Part shown: positions 19,293-29,683 of the stretch, piece after piece | How positions within the stretch are numbered: position 1 is the stretch's first letter | Layout: every line of letters begins with the position of its first letter | Virus record (IMG/VR): IMGVR_UViG_3300046167_000699 | Span: 1 to 63,892 of that record | Source: a virus | Taxonomy: Duplodnaviria > Caudoviricetes | DNA length: 63,892 bases | Reading direction: 5' to 3' (one strand) | Translations under genes and position numbers: made by a program | The notes under the pieces: generated by a model | Seen by the model: the letters and a program-made list of their open reading frames with translations, nothing else | What the model was told of the DNA's origin: nothing | The model's database searches: none

Positions 19293-19757
19293 CTATTTAA
19301 AGTGCTTGTATTTTGTTTTGCCGTCTTTTTTGTAGGCTATTAATCTTTCTCCACGGTTTGTGCGGTTATCGACATAAGAAACATGCACCCAGTCTGGCTC
19401 TTCTTCTGTGCCAAACTCCCATATTAACTGATCAAAATCAGTATGCTCTGATATATAATGGAATAATTCTTTATTGGTTAATCCGCCGTATGCTTGGGCG
19501 TCTAAGTCAAGAGCTTGACCTTTGGAATGTTGAGAGGTTTTACTTCCACCAATGCGCTCATTAAGAGCTTCACTGCGATATCCGGAAGTTACGCAAATAG
19601 GTTTGTTAAAATAATTACGCGTTGGCTGGAAAATGTTTAGTGCAATTGCCTTTAAATTTTCCAAGTGCTCTATTGTAGGCTCATTATTGATGCCGCATCT
19701 TTTTGCCGTAGTTGATTTGATTACCTCAGCAACACTTAAGTTTTTTGATAATTTCAT
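19293..19757 (-). CDS. Peptidase M15A endolysin (D-Ala-D-Ala-type Zn peptidase)
   Basis: SGYRS..LN..IGGS.TSQH.KGQALD, FDQLIWE, WVHVSY. Confidence 0.88.
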   Translation of the reverse strand: MKLSKNLSVAEVIKSTTAKRCGINNEPTIEHLENLKAIALNIFQPTRNYFNKPICVTSGYRSEALNERIGGSKTSQHSKGQALDLDAQAYGGLTNKELFHYISEHTDFDQLIWEFGTEEEPDWVHVSYVDNRTNRGERLIAYKKDGKTKYKHFK

Positions 19758-22700
19758 CGTGTTTTTCCCCCTCTTGTTTTAACAGTTCTTCCCCTGCTCT
19801 TGGTTTTTTTGTTTGCAGCTCTAGTTTCTTTCGCTTTTTCTATTCCAGCTTCTTTGCGCTCTTTCTTTGCGGCTTCTTTAATAGCTTCCGCGTTTTCCTC
19901 TATAGCACCTACGTCCCATGTTTTCCAACCTAAGCCTAATGCTATACGCTGCCACGCTTTGTTGCGTGCATCGAATGCTTCGCTCACGGAAGTAAGTTCA
20001 TCAACCACACGATCGAGCGGCAAGTTGATAGAAGCTGATAAAACCTTGCCTAGTATTGTCCAATTAGGACCTAAGTCTAATCTTCCGTCTGCTACCACTC
20101 CCCAGCCACGTGCTGCAATTTCATCTTTCTCAAACTTCCTTGTTTGAATTGCGCTGTATACTTTGCGAGCCTTAGAACCGATAGGCGGCGATATATCAAA
20201 TAAAGATAAAACAGTATAGGCATGATCGGACATAAAACCTTTTTTCTCTTGCTTATCGTATTCTCTAATAATGTTTTTAACAGTAGAGAAAACCGCCCCA
20301 TATACACCTGAGCCTTTAAGTACAGTATCGAGCATGCTGTTTAATACTCTAGTTATCTTTTGCTCTTCCTTAGCATTCTTCTTGTCTAGCTCAGCAGCAG
20401 TAAGATCCTCTTCATCATCATCAAACCCAGGCAACATAGCGAACAACGCGCTTTGTAATGCTGAGAATATAAAGTTTTGTATTACACCGTAATAAGCAAT
20501 CTTACTTACGTTTTCTTTCCAATCTCCTCTGTTATTAGCTAAATCTAACGCCGCCTTTTTCATTAAGCGGGTATATTGCATAGGGGTGTTCTGAAAAGCG
20601 AATATAAGACGCCCTAGTGTGCTTCTTTGCAGCTGTGACACCAATGCCGGATCTGAGGACTGCTGGGCTTCATCGGATTTTTTAGAAAAATCAATAAACG
20701 CTTGCGCTTCTGCATCCTTTTGTGACACGCCTTGCTTAATCAGAGCGTTAACGCGGTTGCGGTAATACATAGCGCCACCTGTTGCAATAGCCATACTATC
20801 CGCAATTTGAGTGGGTGTAAAACCTAATTGTAACAACTTAGCTAAAATAGCTTGCGGGCTATTTTTACTTGCGTTAGCTACACTAGCAATTTCATCGGAA
20901 CTTACGTCTTGCTTTAAACCACCCCGACGCTCTTTAAGCTTGTCCGAGTTAAATATCATAGTCCAATCAGACCAATATTGCTTTTGGTTAGCAAACGCAG
21001 CTGCTGCTTTAACGGGGTTATTGTCAGACCAGTTTATAAAGTTAGTAAACGAAAGCATTTGTAACAATGCAGAACGTCTGTTAAAGAACATGATTGCGCC
21101 TGTAGAACCGTTAATCCAGTTTAACCATGCATTAACCTGCTTATTGCCTCCCGCGTTACGGTTTGTGCCGTTCTTCATTGAGTACAAAGAGTCTTCAATT
21201 GCGTCGCGATGTGCTTTACCGTACACCGCCTCAATCTTATTTAGGTTCTCCGTGGTGAATATTGCATCAGCGTTTGCTATAAACTCTTCTAAATATTTTT
21301 TACGACCAATTTTTTCGGTCATGCTGTTAAGGTCCGACAGTAGCGTATTACCAGCCCAGTATTCACTAGGTTCCATCCAAGTATCGCGGCGAGCAACAAC
21401 AAGCATTGCGTCCGCAAAGTCCATTAACTCTGGATTTTCACGAATAGCGTCTTGTAGTATTTTCGTATCTTTCTGAGACAAGCCTGGTACTTTAATACCA
21501 GCTTTACCCCATAAGTAAACTCTAACAGCTTGATCATAGGTAAAACCTGTTTTGCCAATCTCTTTGTTTAGTAACTGGTATTGCTTAGGGAAAGCTTTAA
21601 CAGCAGATTTAAAGTCACGCTTAATTTGTTGACGTATGCCATCAATAGCGGCTACACCTTTAGCGTAAGGCGTCATTAAGTTATCCTCGAGCCATTTCAT
21701 ATCAGCTTCACCCTGTTTGCCCTTACCAGCGAACGCATAGTTAACTAAGCCTCTAAAATCATCAACACTAGGCGCAACAAAGAATTTAAACCTGCCTTTC
21801 TTTTCACCACGCTTTTGCGCTTGTACAGCGGAGAAAGTTTTAAATGATTCAACACCTGTTTTACGTTCAAGTATATTGTTAAACTTTTTACTTAGCTCTT
21901 CCGCTTTTGGTGATTTACTAAATTTAGCTCTTTCAACCTGCTTTACTTCTTCAATAGCTTTAGCAGCTTCTTCTGCATTAATTTCTTTATTAAATTTAAC
22001 CCAACCTTCACCTATAACTTCTCCTTTATTTTTGCCGCCAATAACCTCAAGCGCTTCCATGTTTTTAAAGCCATAGGTGCCTTTGTTATAATATCTAAAT
22101 ACTTCACTGTCTGTTTCTAAATCAAAATTAGAATTCATTTGAGACTGCACCAATATGTTAAAGTTGTCATCCATTTTTACAGGGATAATAGCCACGTTGT
22201 ATTTGTCTCTTAGTTTATTTAAATCTATATTTTTAATTTTGAAATGCTGAGTTAACTTAAGAACCATGTACTCAGTAGGTATCATGTGTTCATATCTTAA
22301 ATTAGCAGTTGGCGCGCCTGTATGGTAATATTTAACAGGGGCAGCAGCCTTAAGCATACTAGACATGTTACTCTTAAGACTCATCATTGTCATGACCCAG
22401 TCTAATTTATTGCCGTTTTCATTAACGTAAGATAGATAATCAGTAAGTACTTCCCAAGCTTCCCTAGCTTCTTTTACTCTTTGGTCATATTGCTCTTCAA
22501 ATGTTTTTTTAGAAATAGGCGCTTTTGCTTTAACACCATCTTTGCTGACCGTTTTTGTAGCTGTCTGAGCGGGTGTTAATGTAAGTTTTTTCCAGTCTTT
22601 AACAGTCTCGCCTTTGTAAGATACATTGGTTATCACCACGCCTGCACCCCCGGTTTTGTATTCTATTTTAACACCTGGTATTGTATTTAAATTGTTATTA

Positions 22701-25700
22701 ATAAAATCCGAAACACCAGCGTATATCTGCATTCGACCACCGCCTATTTTTCCGGAAGTGGTTTGGTGCCCACGCATCCATTTTAGTACCGTTATTAAAC
22801 CTTTTACTCCTTGCTCTTCTATTGTTTTGGTATTAAAATCTAAGCTTAGGCCTCTTTGTCTGTTAACTAAGTTTTTATTTTCAAAAAGAGCTTTATATCC
22901 ACCCTTTAATGATGATTTAGCAATATCCAAAGCAAGCATTAGGTTGCTTTTTTGTTTAGACAGCTCAACACCCTCTTGTACAAACGAGGCAAAATTTACA
23001 TCTTGCGCTTCTGGTTTACTAAGATATCTTTTAACGGTATTAAAAGACTCGTTGGCAAATTTCTTTATTTCTTTTTCAGTAATAATGTCGCTAGGCTCGT
23101 TTTCAAAGGTTTTAATTAAAGCATTGCGCAATCTGGCATTAGTAAGATTTCCGGTATTTTGGCTATCAATAATAATTTTTAAACTACCCATGCGATCGTT
23201 AAACTCTCCGTATTGAGCCGCAGAAAGGCTGTATTTTACATTGCCCCTTTCAATGTCTACTATCGCTTGAGTGGTATAATTATCCACAAGTTCAACCCCC
23301 AGCAAGTCTTGACGCATTTCAAACGCCTGGCGAATTTCACTATTAGGGTCTTGCAAAGCCTCATTAACAATATCAAAAGAAATTTCCTCCGCCATTGCTT
23401 TAGCTAAAGATTCTTTGCGGCCTCGTATAGGCGCTCCAGACGCGTCTAAAATGTTAGATAAGTAATCAGCATCAGATAATCTAGTTGATGCATTAGGTAG
23501 TCTTCTAACAAGCTCTGCACCTGATGTGCGGCCCGCTTTGTCTGTGTCTACAGACTCTCTATCAATTTTCTTACCCTTCCAATCACTTGTCCATACACCG
23601 TTAACTTTTTTCTGGATAGCATTAGGCATAGCCGTCATCAAGTACGTGGTAGTCATGTTCTGCAAAATAGCAGCTTTGTTACGCAAAAGGAATTTACGAA
23701 GTTCACCGTCTTTCTTGCCGCCCATCGCTTTCTTTAAGTCGATGTCAGCTTGTTTGCCCATAGCTTTACGAAGCTCGGCAATATATGGCTTAACAGTAAC
23801 GTTTTTAGATACGGACTCATCCATACGCGTTTTCATAACACGCACGGTTGATTTAACTTTTTCTTTAATTGAATTTACAACTTCGCTGTCTAAAACCCTG
23901 CGTTCTAGCAGAGTTTTGTATTGTGGCTTGTCTTCCTTAGCTGTGGTCTCTTCCTGCGCCGCCATACCTTTAGCAGTGTCAATGTCTTTCTTAATACCAC
24001 CTGTTTTTGCCGATTCAATACCTAATCTAGAGGCTAAGTTGTTAGATCTTAGAAACGCTCTGTTGACCAAGAACTTTTCAATATCCTGCTTGCCTTCTTT
24101 AAATTCCTCAAAAGCTAAAGTTTCAATCTCTGTTCTTAAAGAGTTTTGGAAATCTTCGCGAGATACGTTATTGCGTTGCTCTGGTGCAATCGGATCGTAC
24201 AATGCTTTAGTACGATTAGTAACAATTTTGCCAATAAGGGGGCTTAGTTGTTCTCTAATTTTTGCTTCAAGACGTTGTTGTACGGCGTCAGCCTGAACCT
24301 CAACGCCGAACTTTTCAGCTACTTTTTTAGCCTCCTCAATTCTTCCGGCACGCCTAGACAGCATGTCTATTACGCCAGCGTCTTGCTCAGGCGTAAGCGT
24401 TCTTGATTCTTTTGCAGTTGGCGCTTCTTCATCAGAGCGATCACCAACGGTTTTGTCCTTAATGTTTAAAGCAGGACCTTTGCCGCCGAAGTGTGCTTGT
24501 TTGTTAAAGCCTCTAATAAACTGGTAAGTAGCTTCATCGCTTTTAAGTTGCATTGAAGCGGGCAGCCAACTATTAACAAAAGAACGTGCTTGTAACAAAA
24601 AGTTTTTATCGACCGCTTGGCCGTCTGCAATAACATCAGACATAGCGTTCATCGCCTCTTCGTAATAATCTGCGTCTTTCGTTACTTCCCCGTCTTCACT
24701 TGTCTCAGTGTAGCTTTGGTCTATTCTAAATTTAACCTTAGTGTACAGGTCAGGTTGGTTTTTTTCTAAATAACCAAGAAGCTCCTCACCCGCTTTAGTA
24801 ACATCAGTAGTGTTAAATTTTTGACGGGCTATTGAGTGAAGAAGCTCGTGAGCATAAACACCTATCCTTTTGTTTTTAACGGACATAGGTTTATTAATAA
24901 GTATAATATCTGGCTCCCCGTTTTTACCAGGTATATTTATAGCCTCTACTTCTAGTTTAGGGCCTTCTTCAGATTCTTCAGATTCTTCTGCTACTTCAGC
25001 AGCTTTTTCTTTACTGTACCCTAAATCTAATAGCCTTTGCTCAAAAGCCGCTGAGGCATTATCTCCGTCAAATGTTTCAATGCGTACGTTTATATTGTTA
25101 GCCTTAGCGTAATCTTCAACGTTTTTTGCGCCGCTTTCTATTTTTTCAGCGTACTTTAAATTTTCAAAGTTATCTATCGCGCGCTTCTCAATGGCCTCCG
25201 CTGTTATAGCTTTACCTGGGCCGGCTTCTTTTTCTAATTCAATTTTTGCGGCATTAAACATTTCTGTTTTTTTACCACCACGCATTTTATTCCATTCTTG
25301 CGCTATGCCAACCATGCTTTCATTAAGCATGCGGTCTTGATACATCTCATAACCGGTCTGTGCGTCAAATACAACCTTGTTGCCGCTTGATGCCTTTAAA
25401 TTTTTTGTGCTTAACTGCTCGTTGGTTAATATATCTTCTCGTTGCTCGGCTAATTTATCAAACTTGGCTCTGTATTCTGTTTCTATAGCTTTTAATTGAG
25501 CCGCACCTAAATCAGTGTTCGATGCAAGCTTTACGAAGTCAGCGTTAACTTTGCGCATCTGACGGTTTATATCGCCTACTGCTTTAGCATCCTCTAATGT
25601 TAAATCCACTCCTAAACGAGCGATAACATTGTTTTTTATATCGTTAGCTTCTCCTGTAAGTTCTTCAACGAGGGCTTGCACTTCTTGAGTTTGCTGTGGC

Positions 25701-27790
25701 AAAGGAACACCGTCACCGGCATTTGTAAGGCCTTTAACACCGGTTAAAGACTCTAGTTTAGCTATTATTTCCTTTAGCCTAGCGCTTTCTTTACTTGTGG
25801 CTAGCTCGCTGAAATAGGCTTCTTTAATAGCCCCAAAATTACCGCCTACAGACATGCCGCCACCCATTAAGGCACCTTGTGCAAAAGTTTCTAAACCTTC
25901 TTCAAAAAGCTTTTCGTCAGTAATAGCTTCAAAAAAGTTTTTGTCTTCATCTAATATATAAATATCAGCAAAGTTTTGGAAGGTATTTGTAGCCCACTCG
26001 GATCCACCTTCAACTCTAATGCCTTTAACAACGTCTTTACCTAGCTTAATAGCCGCCTGCTTAATTGTTTTAGGTGGTAAAAGTTTCGCTCCTTGTTTCA
26101 AGCTTTTAAGTAAATACAAAGTACCTGTTCTTTCAAACGCAACTTCTGCTAAACCGTTCCAAACCTGTGCCGTAATCTTACGCCATTCTGGTATGTTTAA
26201 CGTTTTAGAGTCTTTTTGCATTTGCTCTTCAATAGCAGAGCGCTCAAGAGCATCTATATTTGGATTACCATCTAGGAGCTCACGGTTACTAAGCATGCGC
26301 TTTGCCGCGTCTCTTTCAGCAATTGCTGTTTCCACACCAGTGCTACCCGCACCTGTTGCAAAAAACAAAGGCAGTGCTGCTGGTCCCGTAAACGCCATAG
26401 CCAAAGAAGGAATAAGACTGGTGCTAGACGATGCTAGCCACATACCCGCTTCTTGCAGGCTACCTATTTCATCAACCTTTACAGACCTTTGAAACTTTTG
26501 TTGTTCTTCTTTTATGCCAGCTGCCATTTGAAATGCAGCCTCTTTGTATTTCGGGTCGTCTCCTAATAACTGGCCTAACTGAGCGGTAAGGTAATTAGCG
26601 TCTGCAGCCAAGCCTTTAAAATTACTAGTCAACTGCTGTAGTCTATTGTAATTAGCGCCAAAATCTTTAATAGCCAAAGGTAATCCTTTGCTATCTTTCG
26701 CTAGCTCCCTGCCTTCTAATAATGTTTGTTGTAAATTTTCAAAATCAGCAAGCGCAACCAACCTGGTTTCTTCGGTTGGGTTTGATTCAAAAGCATTGTA
26801 AGATTCTTCGTAGGCTGCGGATTGGCTTTCGTATTTTTTATTTAAAGCACCAACGCGTTCTTCCGCTATAGCTTTTTCATTAGCCGCTATAGCTTCTAGG
26901 TCCAACCTAGTCTGGCGGTCAAGATTGTTCGCAAACTTTAATGACTGCTTTGAAGTGTAACCCTCATTGCGGGCATTTTCCCATGCTGTTAACCGCTCTT
27001 TATTAGGCGGCGCTATGTAGCTACCTGCTAAGTATTTTTTATATTGCTCTTCTTCTTCAACGCTTTCAAAGTCGCCGTTCTCAAAAGAAACATCAAAACC
27101 TTTGTTATCTCGGAAGCGTCTAATATTGCTGAACTTTTCCTCACGTTCTTTTTCGTAAAGATTTAAGGCTTCTTTTTCAGAAAGTGGCTCAGGGGTTGTG
27201 GCCGCTTTGTATTCATCATACTTAGCACCTGATCTTTCCTGAGCTTCTGTAAGGTAGTTATCGTTTTTTAACTCCTCTATTTTAAGGTTTATTTCCGCGG
27301 CTTTTTCACTAAGCTCTTCTTCCGAAAGCTCTGGCCCAAACTCGACACCGGTACGAACTGTTTGTATAGCGCCGTAAGGCGAGTAGTTTCTTTTTTCGTC
27401 ACGTTTTCTTATGTTAACAGCGTCCCAAGAATGCATGCCGGTGCCTTCTGTAACGTAAAGTCCCAAGCCAGAAAGCTTCTCGTTAAGCATTTTAGAAACC
27501 TTTTCTTCGCTTCCTTTTAAATCTTCGGCTGTTACGTATTCGTTAATTTTAGGGGCGCTAGCTACGGGTGACTCCAATAAAGTAATGCCCAATCTGGATT
27601 CCCCAGCGGGCGTTGCTAATCCTGGTCCCGTCGGCGGAGTCGTGTCCTCCGGAACCGTTGTCTTTCCCACATCACCAGCAACATACTGCCAGTTGTATTT
27701 TTTTGCAAGCACGTCAAGTTCACTGCCGAATTTAGCGGCAAAATCGCGGGCTTGCTCATCAGATAATTCTTTATCTCCTATAATGTACAT
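19754..27790 (-). CDS. Giant (2678 aa) internal virion / ejected polyvalent protein
   Basis: Third and largest gene after the tail tube genes; zincin motif AHELLH..EE; hydrophobic segments. Confidence 0.7.
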   Translation of the reverse strand: MYIIGDKELSDEQARDFAAKFGSELDVLAKKYNWQYVAGDVGKTTVPEDTTPPTGPGLATPAGESRLGITLLESPVASAPKINEYVTAEDLKGSEEKVSKMLNEKLSGLGLYVTEGTGMHSWDAVNIRKRDEKRNYSPYGAIQTVRTGVEFGPELSEEELSEKAAEINLKIEELKNDNYLTEAQERSGAKYDEYKAATTPEPLSEKEALNLYEKEREEKFSNIRRFRDNKGFDVSFENGDFESVEEEEQYKKYLAGSYIAPPNKERLTAWENARNEGYTSKQSLKFANNLDRQTRLDLEAIAANEKAIAEERVGALNKKYESQSAAYEESYNAFESNPTEETRLVALADFENLQQTLLEGRELAKDSKGLPLAIKDFGANYNRLQQLTSNFKGLAADANYLTAQLGQLLGDDPKYKEAAFQMAAGIKEEQQKFQRSVKVDEIGSLQEAGMWLASSSTSLIPSLAMAFTGPAALPLFFATGAGSTGVETAIAERDAAKRMLSNRELLDGNPNIDALERSAIEEQMQKDSKTLNIPEWRKITAQVWNGLAEVAFERTGTLYLLKSLKQGAKLLPPKTIKQAAIKLGKDVVKGIRVEGGSEWATNTFQNFADIYILDEDKNFFEAITDEKLFEEGLETFAQGALMGGGMSVGGNFGAIKEAYFSELATSKESARLKEIIAKLESLTGVKGLTNAGDGVPLPQQTQEVQALVEELTGEANDIKNNVIARLGVDLTLEDAKAVGDINRQMRKVNADFVKLASNTDLGAAQLKAIETEYRAKFDKLAEQREDILTNEQLSTKNLKASSGNKVVFDAQTGYEMYQDRMLNESMVGIAQEWNKMRGGKKTEMFNAAKIELEKEAGPGKAITAEAIEKRAIDNFENLKYAEKIESGAKNVEDYAKANNINVRIETFDGDNASAAFEQRLLDLGYSKEKAAEVAEESEESEEGPKLEVEAINIPGKNGEPDIILINKPMSVKNKRIGVYAHELLHSIARQKFNTTDVTKAGEELLGYLEKNQPDLYTKVKFRIDQSYTETSEDGEVTKDADYYEEAMNAMSDVIADGQAVDKNFLLQARSFVNSWLPASMQLKSDEATYQFIRGFNKQAHFGGKGPALNIKDKTVGDRSDEEAPTAKESRTLTPEQDAGVIDMLSRRAGRIEEAKKVAEKFGVEVQADAVQQRLEAKIREQLSPLIGKIVTNRTKALYDPIAPEQRNNVSREDFQNSLRTEIETLAFEEFKEGKQDIEKFLVNRAFLRSNNLASRLGIESAKTGGIKKDIDTAKGMAAQEETTAKEDKPQYKTLLERRVLDSEVVNSIKEKVKSTVRVMKTRMDESVSKNVTVKPYIAELRKAMGKQADIDLKKAMGGKKDGELRKFLLRNKAAILQNMTTTYLMTAMPNAIQKKVNGVWTSDWKGKKIDRESVDTDKAGRTSGAELVRRLPNASTRLSDADYLSNILDASGAPIRGRKESLAKAMAEEISFDIVNEALQDPNSEIRQAFEMRQDLLGVELVDNYTTQAIVDIERGNVKYSLSAAQYGEFNDRMGSLKIIIDSQNTGNLTNARLRNALIKTFENEPSDIITEKEIKKFANESFNTVKRYLSKPEAQDVNFASFVQEGVELSKQKSNLMLALDIAKSSLKGGYKALFENKNLVNRQRGLSLDFNTKTIEEQGVKGLITVLKWMRGHQTTSGKIGGGRMQIYAGVSDFINNNLNTIPGVKIEYKTGGAGVVITNVSYKGETVKDWKKLTLTPAQTATKTVSKDGVKAKAPISKKTFEEQYDQRVKEAREAWEVLTDYLSYVNENGNKLDWVMTMMSLKSNMSSMLKAAAPVKYYHTGAPTANLRYEHMIPTEYMVLKLTQHFKIKNIDLNKLRDKYNVAIIPVKMDDNFNILVQSQMNSNFDLETDSEVFRYYNKGTYGFKNMEALEVIGGKNKGEVIGEGWVKFNKEINAEEAAKAIEEVKQVERAKFSKSPKAEELSKKFNNILERKTGVESFKTFSAVQAQKRGEKKGRFKFFVAPSVDDFRGLVNYAFAGKGKQGEADMKWLEDNLMTPYAKGVAAIDGIRQQIKRDFKSAVKAFPKQYQLLNKEIGKTGFTYDQAVRVYLWGKAGIKVPGLSQKDTKILQDAIRENPELMDFADAMLVVARRDTWMEPSEYWAGNTLLSDLNSMTEKIGRKKYLEEFIANADAIFTTENLNKIEAVYGKAHRDAIEDSLYSMKNGTNRNAGGNKQVNAWLNWINGSTGAIMFFNRRSALLQMLSFTNFINWSDNNPVKAAAAFANQKQYWSDWTMIFNSDKLKERRGGLKQDVSSDEIASVANASKNSPQAILAKLLQLGFTPTQIADSMAIATGGAMYYRNRVNALIKQGVSQKDAEAQAFIDFSKKSDEAQQSSDPALVSQLQRSTLGRLIFAFQNTPMQYTRLMKKAALDLANNRGDWKENVSKIAYYGVIQNFIFSALQSALFAMLPGFDDDEEDLTAAELDKKNAKEEQKITRVLNSMLDTVLKGSGVYGAVFSTVKNIIREYDKQEKKGFMSDHAYTVLSLFDISPPIGSKARKVYSAIQTRKFEKDEIAARGWGVVADGRLDLGPNWTILGKVLSASINLPLDRVVDELTSVSEAFDARNKAWQRIALGLGWKTWDVGAIEENAEAIKEAAKKERKEAGIEKAKETRAANKKTKSRGRTVKTRGGKTR

Positions 27791-27808
27791 TCGCTATTGT
27801 ATTTTATA

Positions 27809-28981
27809 TTATTTGTAAAAAAGACTAGGGTGAGAAATCATAACTTCTTTTAAAGTTTTATAGCTTTTATCCTCACTGAACACTGCATTTAAATAAGTCC
27901 ACTCTTTTCTTTTTGGATCCCACGTAACTTTAATACTACCTGGATCGGTCGTCGGTCCAAGTTCAAATTCCTTTAATTGAATTGGGCCTGGCACGCTGGA
28001 ATTCTCCTCGTTTTCTAGTAGTTGCATAGCTTCAACCGTGTCTACTAGTTTAGGCTTTATAACATTAGTAGCTGTAGTTCCTCCCCCTTGAGGCTTGGAA
28101 GGCTTTTCTTCAATAAGTGCTGCTCCTCTTGTACTTTCTAAACCATTCATTAGTCTATCTAATACAGTTTCACGAAGCTCGTTAATATCAGATTCTGGGT
28201 CTAAGTCGTCAAACTTAAAAATCTCAAATTGATTGTCTGCTATAAAACTTAAAAGATTTTCTTTACTCCCAATGCTGTTATCTAACTTATTTCTTAACGA
28301 CTCTTTAAGAGCTGGGGTTAAAGGGCCGCGCGCGTTAGATTGGCGCTCTACTTCGTTAAATATATTTGCTGCTGCTTGTTTCGCAGGCTTATTAGATGCC
28401 GGCATTTTAAAACCAGTAGACGAGAACTCACCAAGTCCTTCATCAGACCACATAAGTTCGCCTCTATCATTTACACCGGAAAATGGCGTTGCAGACATAA
28501 CAGTAGCTTTAGCTATTGCTTCATCGTTAAAACCTGCTGTAGAATAATCGTTAAGATCTGTTTTAAAGTCAGCTTTTAACTGCTGCCTTCCATCAATATT
28601 ATTTTTTAAAGAAACTAAACGGTTTTTAAACCCGGTCATTTCGTCCATTAAACTTTGGTATTCCGAACTTGTCTTGTCTTCTATTTTAGAAGCCTTATTC
28701 GCTAAATCAGCATATGCATTTCTCCACGTTACCACCTGGTCTTTAACTAGCTTACCTTCTTCGGGAGTAAAAGACATGTAGTCAATATCATCTTTAAACC
28801 CGTCCATTAATGCGTTAGCTTTAGCTATGCCTTCTTTAGCTTTAGCTTCGCGTGCTTTTTTAGCTTCTAAAGATTTATTATAGCCGGTCATAAATTGACT
28901 ACCCACGTCTTGAAACCTGCCCTGCGTATCTGACACTCTACGTGCCGCCGCCACTACTCCTGATCCTTGTTGCTTAGCCAT
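27809..28981 (-). CDS. Putative internal virion protein
   Basis: Lies between ejection-type genes; predominantly helical. Confidence 0.6.
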   Translation of the reverse strand: MAKQQGSGVVAAARRVSDTQGRFQDVGSQFMTGYNKSLEAKKAREAKAKEGIAKANALMDGFKDDIDYMSFTPEEGKLVKDQVVTWRNAYADLANKASKIEDKTSSEYQSLMDEMTGFKNRLVSLKNNIDGRQQLKADFKTDLNDYSTAGFNDEAIAKATVMSATPFSGVNDRGELMWSDEGLGEFSSTGFKMPASNKPAKQAAANIFNEVERQSNARGPLTPALKESLRNKLDNSIGSKENLLSFIADNQFEIFKFDDLDPESDINELRETVLDRLMNGLESTRGAALIEEKPSKPQGGGTTATNVIKPKLVDTVEAMQLLENEENSSVPGPIQLKEFELGPTTDPGSIKVTWDPKRKEWTYLNAVFSEDKSYKTLKEVMISHPSLFYK

Positions 28982-29652
28982 TATCTTTTACCTAATATTC
29001 TACCAGCATCAGCCAACCCAACACCTAGGCTGCCTAGTTTGCCGAGAGTTTCTGTTGGCAATCCCATTGCAGCACCCACTGCATTACCAACACCCCCCGC
29101 GAATTGCCCTGCAGCGTCAGCTCTTGCTGCCCTCGCTGCTTGGATTGCCTCCTCGCTCGATGCTAGTTCGTTTGCATCTATTTGAAATTCTTCACCAAGT
29201 AATTGAGCTTTTAACGCTCTAGACTGCTCCGCACCGGCTCTCTCCATTGATTGGAGCCTACCAGCTTGTCCAGCTGCTGCCATCTGGTTTCTTTGTTCCT
29301 GCTGACCTATACTTGCAGATGCTTGCTGCGCTGATTGCGCTTGCTGATTAGCTAATGATTGTGCTAACGCAGCGATACCACTACCGCCTGCGGCTTGATT
29401 CATAGATCCCATTATATTAGATAACCCTTGTGCTTGCTGCTGCGCCGCAAAATCCGCTGCTTGAGTATTAACAGTTAGGTCTTCCATTGTGTTCTCTAAG
29501 TTAGAGTACAAGTTAGAAGTATCCTGAGAAAAGTACTGCTGCATAGATTGGTCATACGCCCCCTGCGCTTCGCCTCTTCTAGCTAGTCTTTTTTTACCGC
29601 CGATATATGAAGTGCCGAAATTAACAGCACCACTTAAAATATCTCCGAACAT
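28981..29652 (-). CDS. Putative DNA ejection (pilot) protein
   Basis: Q/A/G-rich helical protein with Gly-rich hydrophobic termini, typical of podovirus ejection proteins. Confidence 0.65.
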   Translation of the reverse strand: MFGDILSGAVNFGTSYIGGKKRLARRGEAQGAYDQSMQQYFSQDTSNLYSNLENTMEDLTVNTQAADFAAQQQAQGLSNIMGSMNQAAGGSGIAALAQSLANQQAQSAQQASASIGQQEQRNQMAAAGQAGRLQSMERAGAEQSRALKAQLLGEEFQIDANELASSEEAIQAARAARADAAGQFAGGVGNAVGAAMGLPTETLGKLGSLGVGLADAGRILGKR

Positions 29653-29683
29653 ATTTAATTAGTTTATAAGTTATTATTACGCA

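Noticed and set aside
19754-27790. Virion RNA polymerase call
   Set aside because: No catalytic DxDGD/DFDID or T7-type motifs recognised
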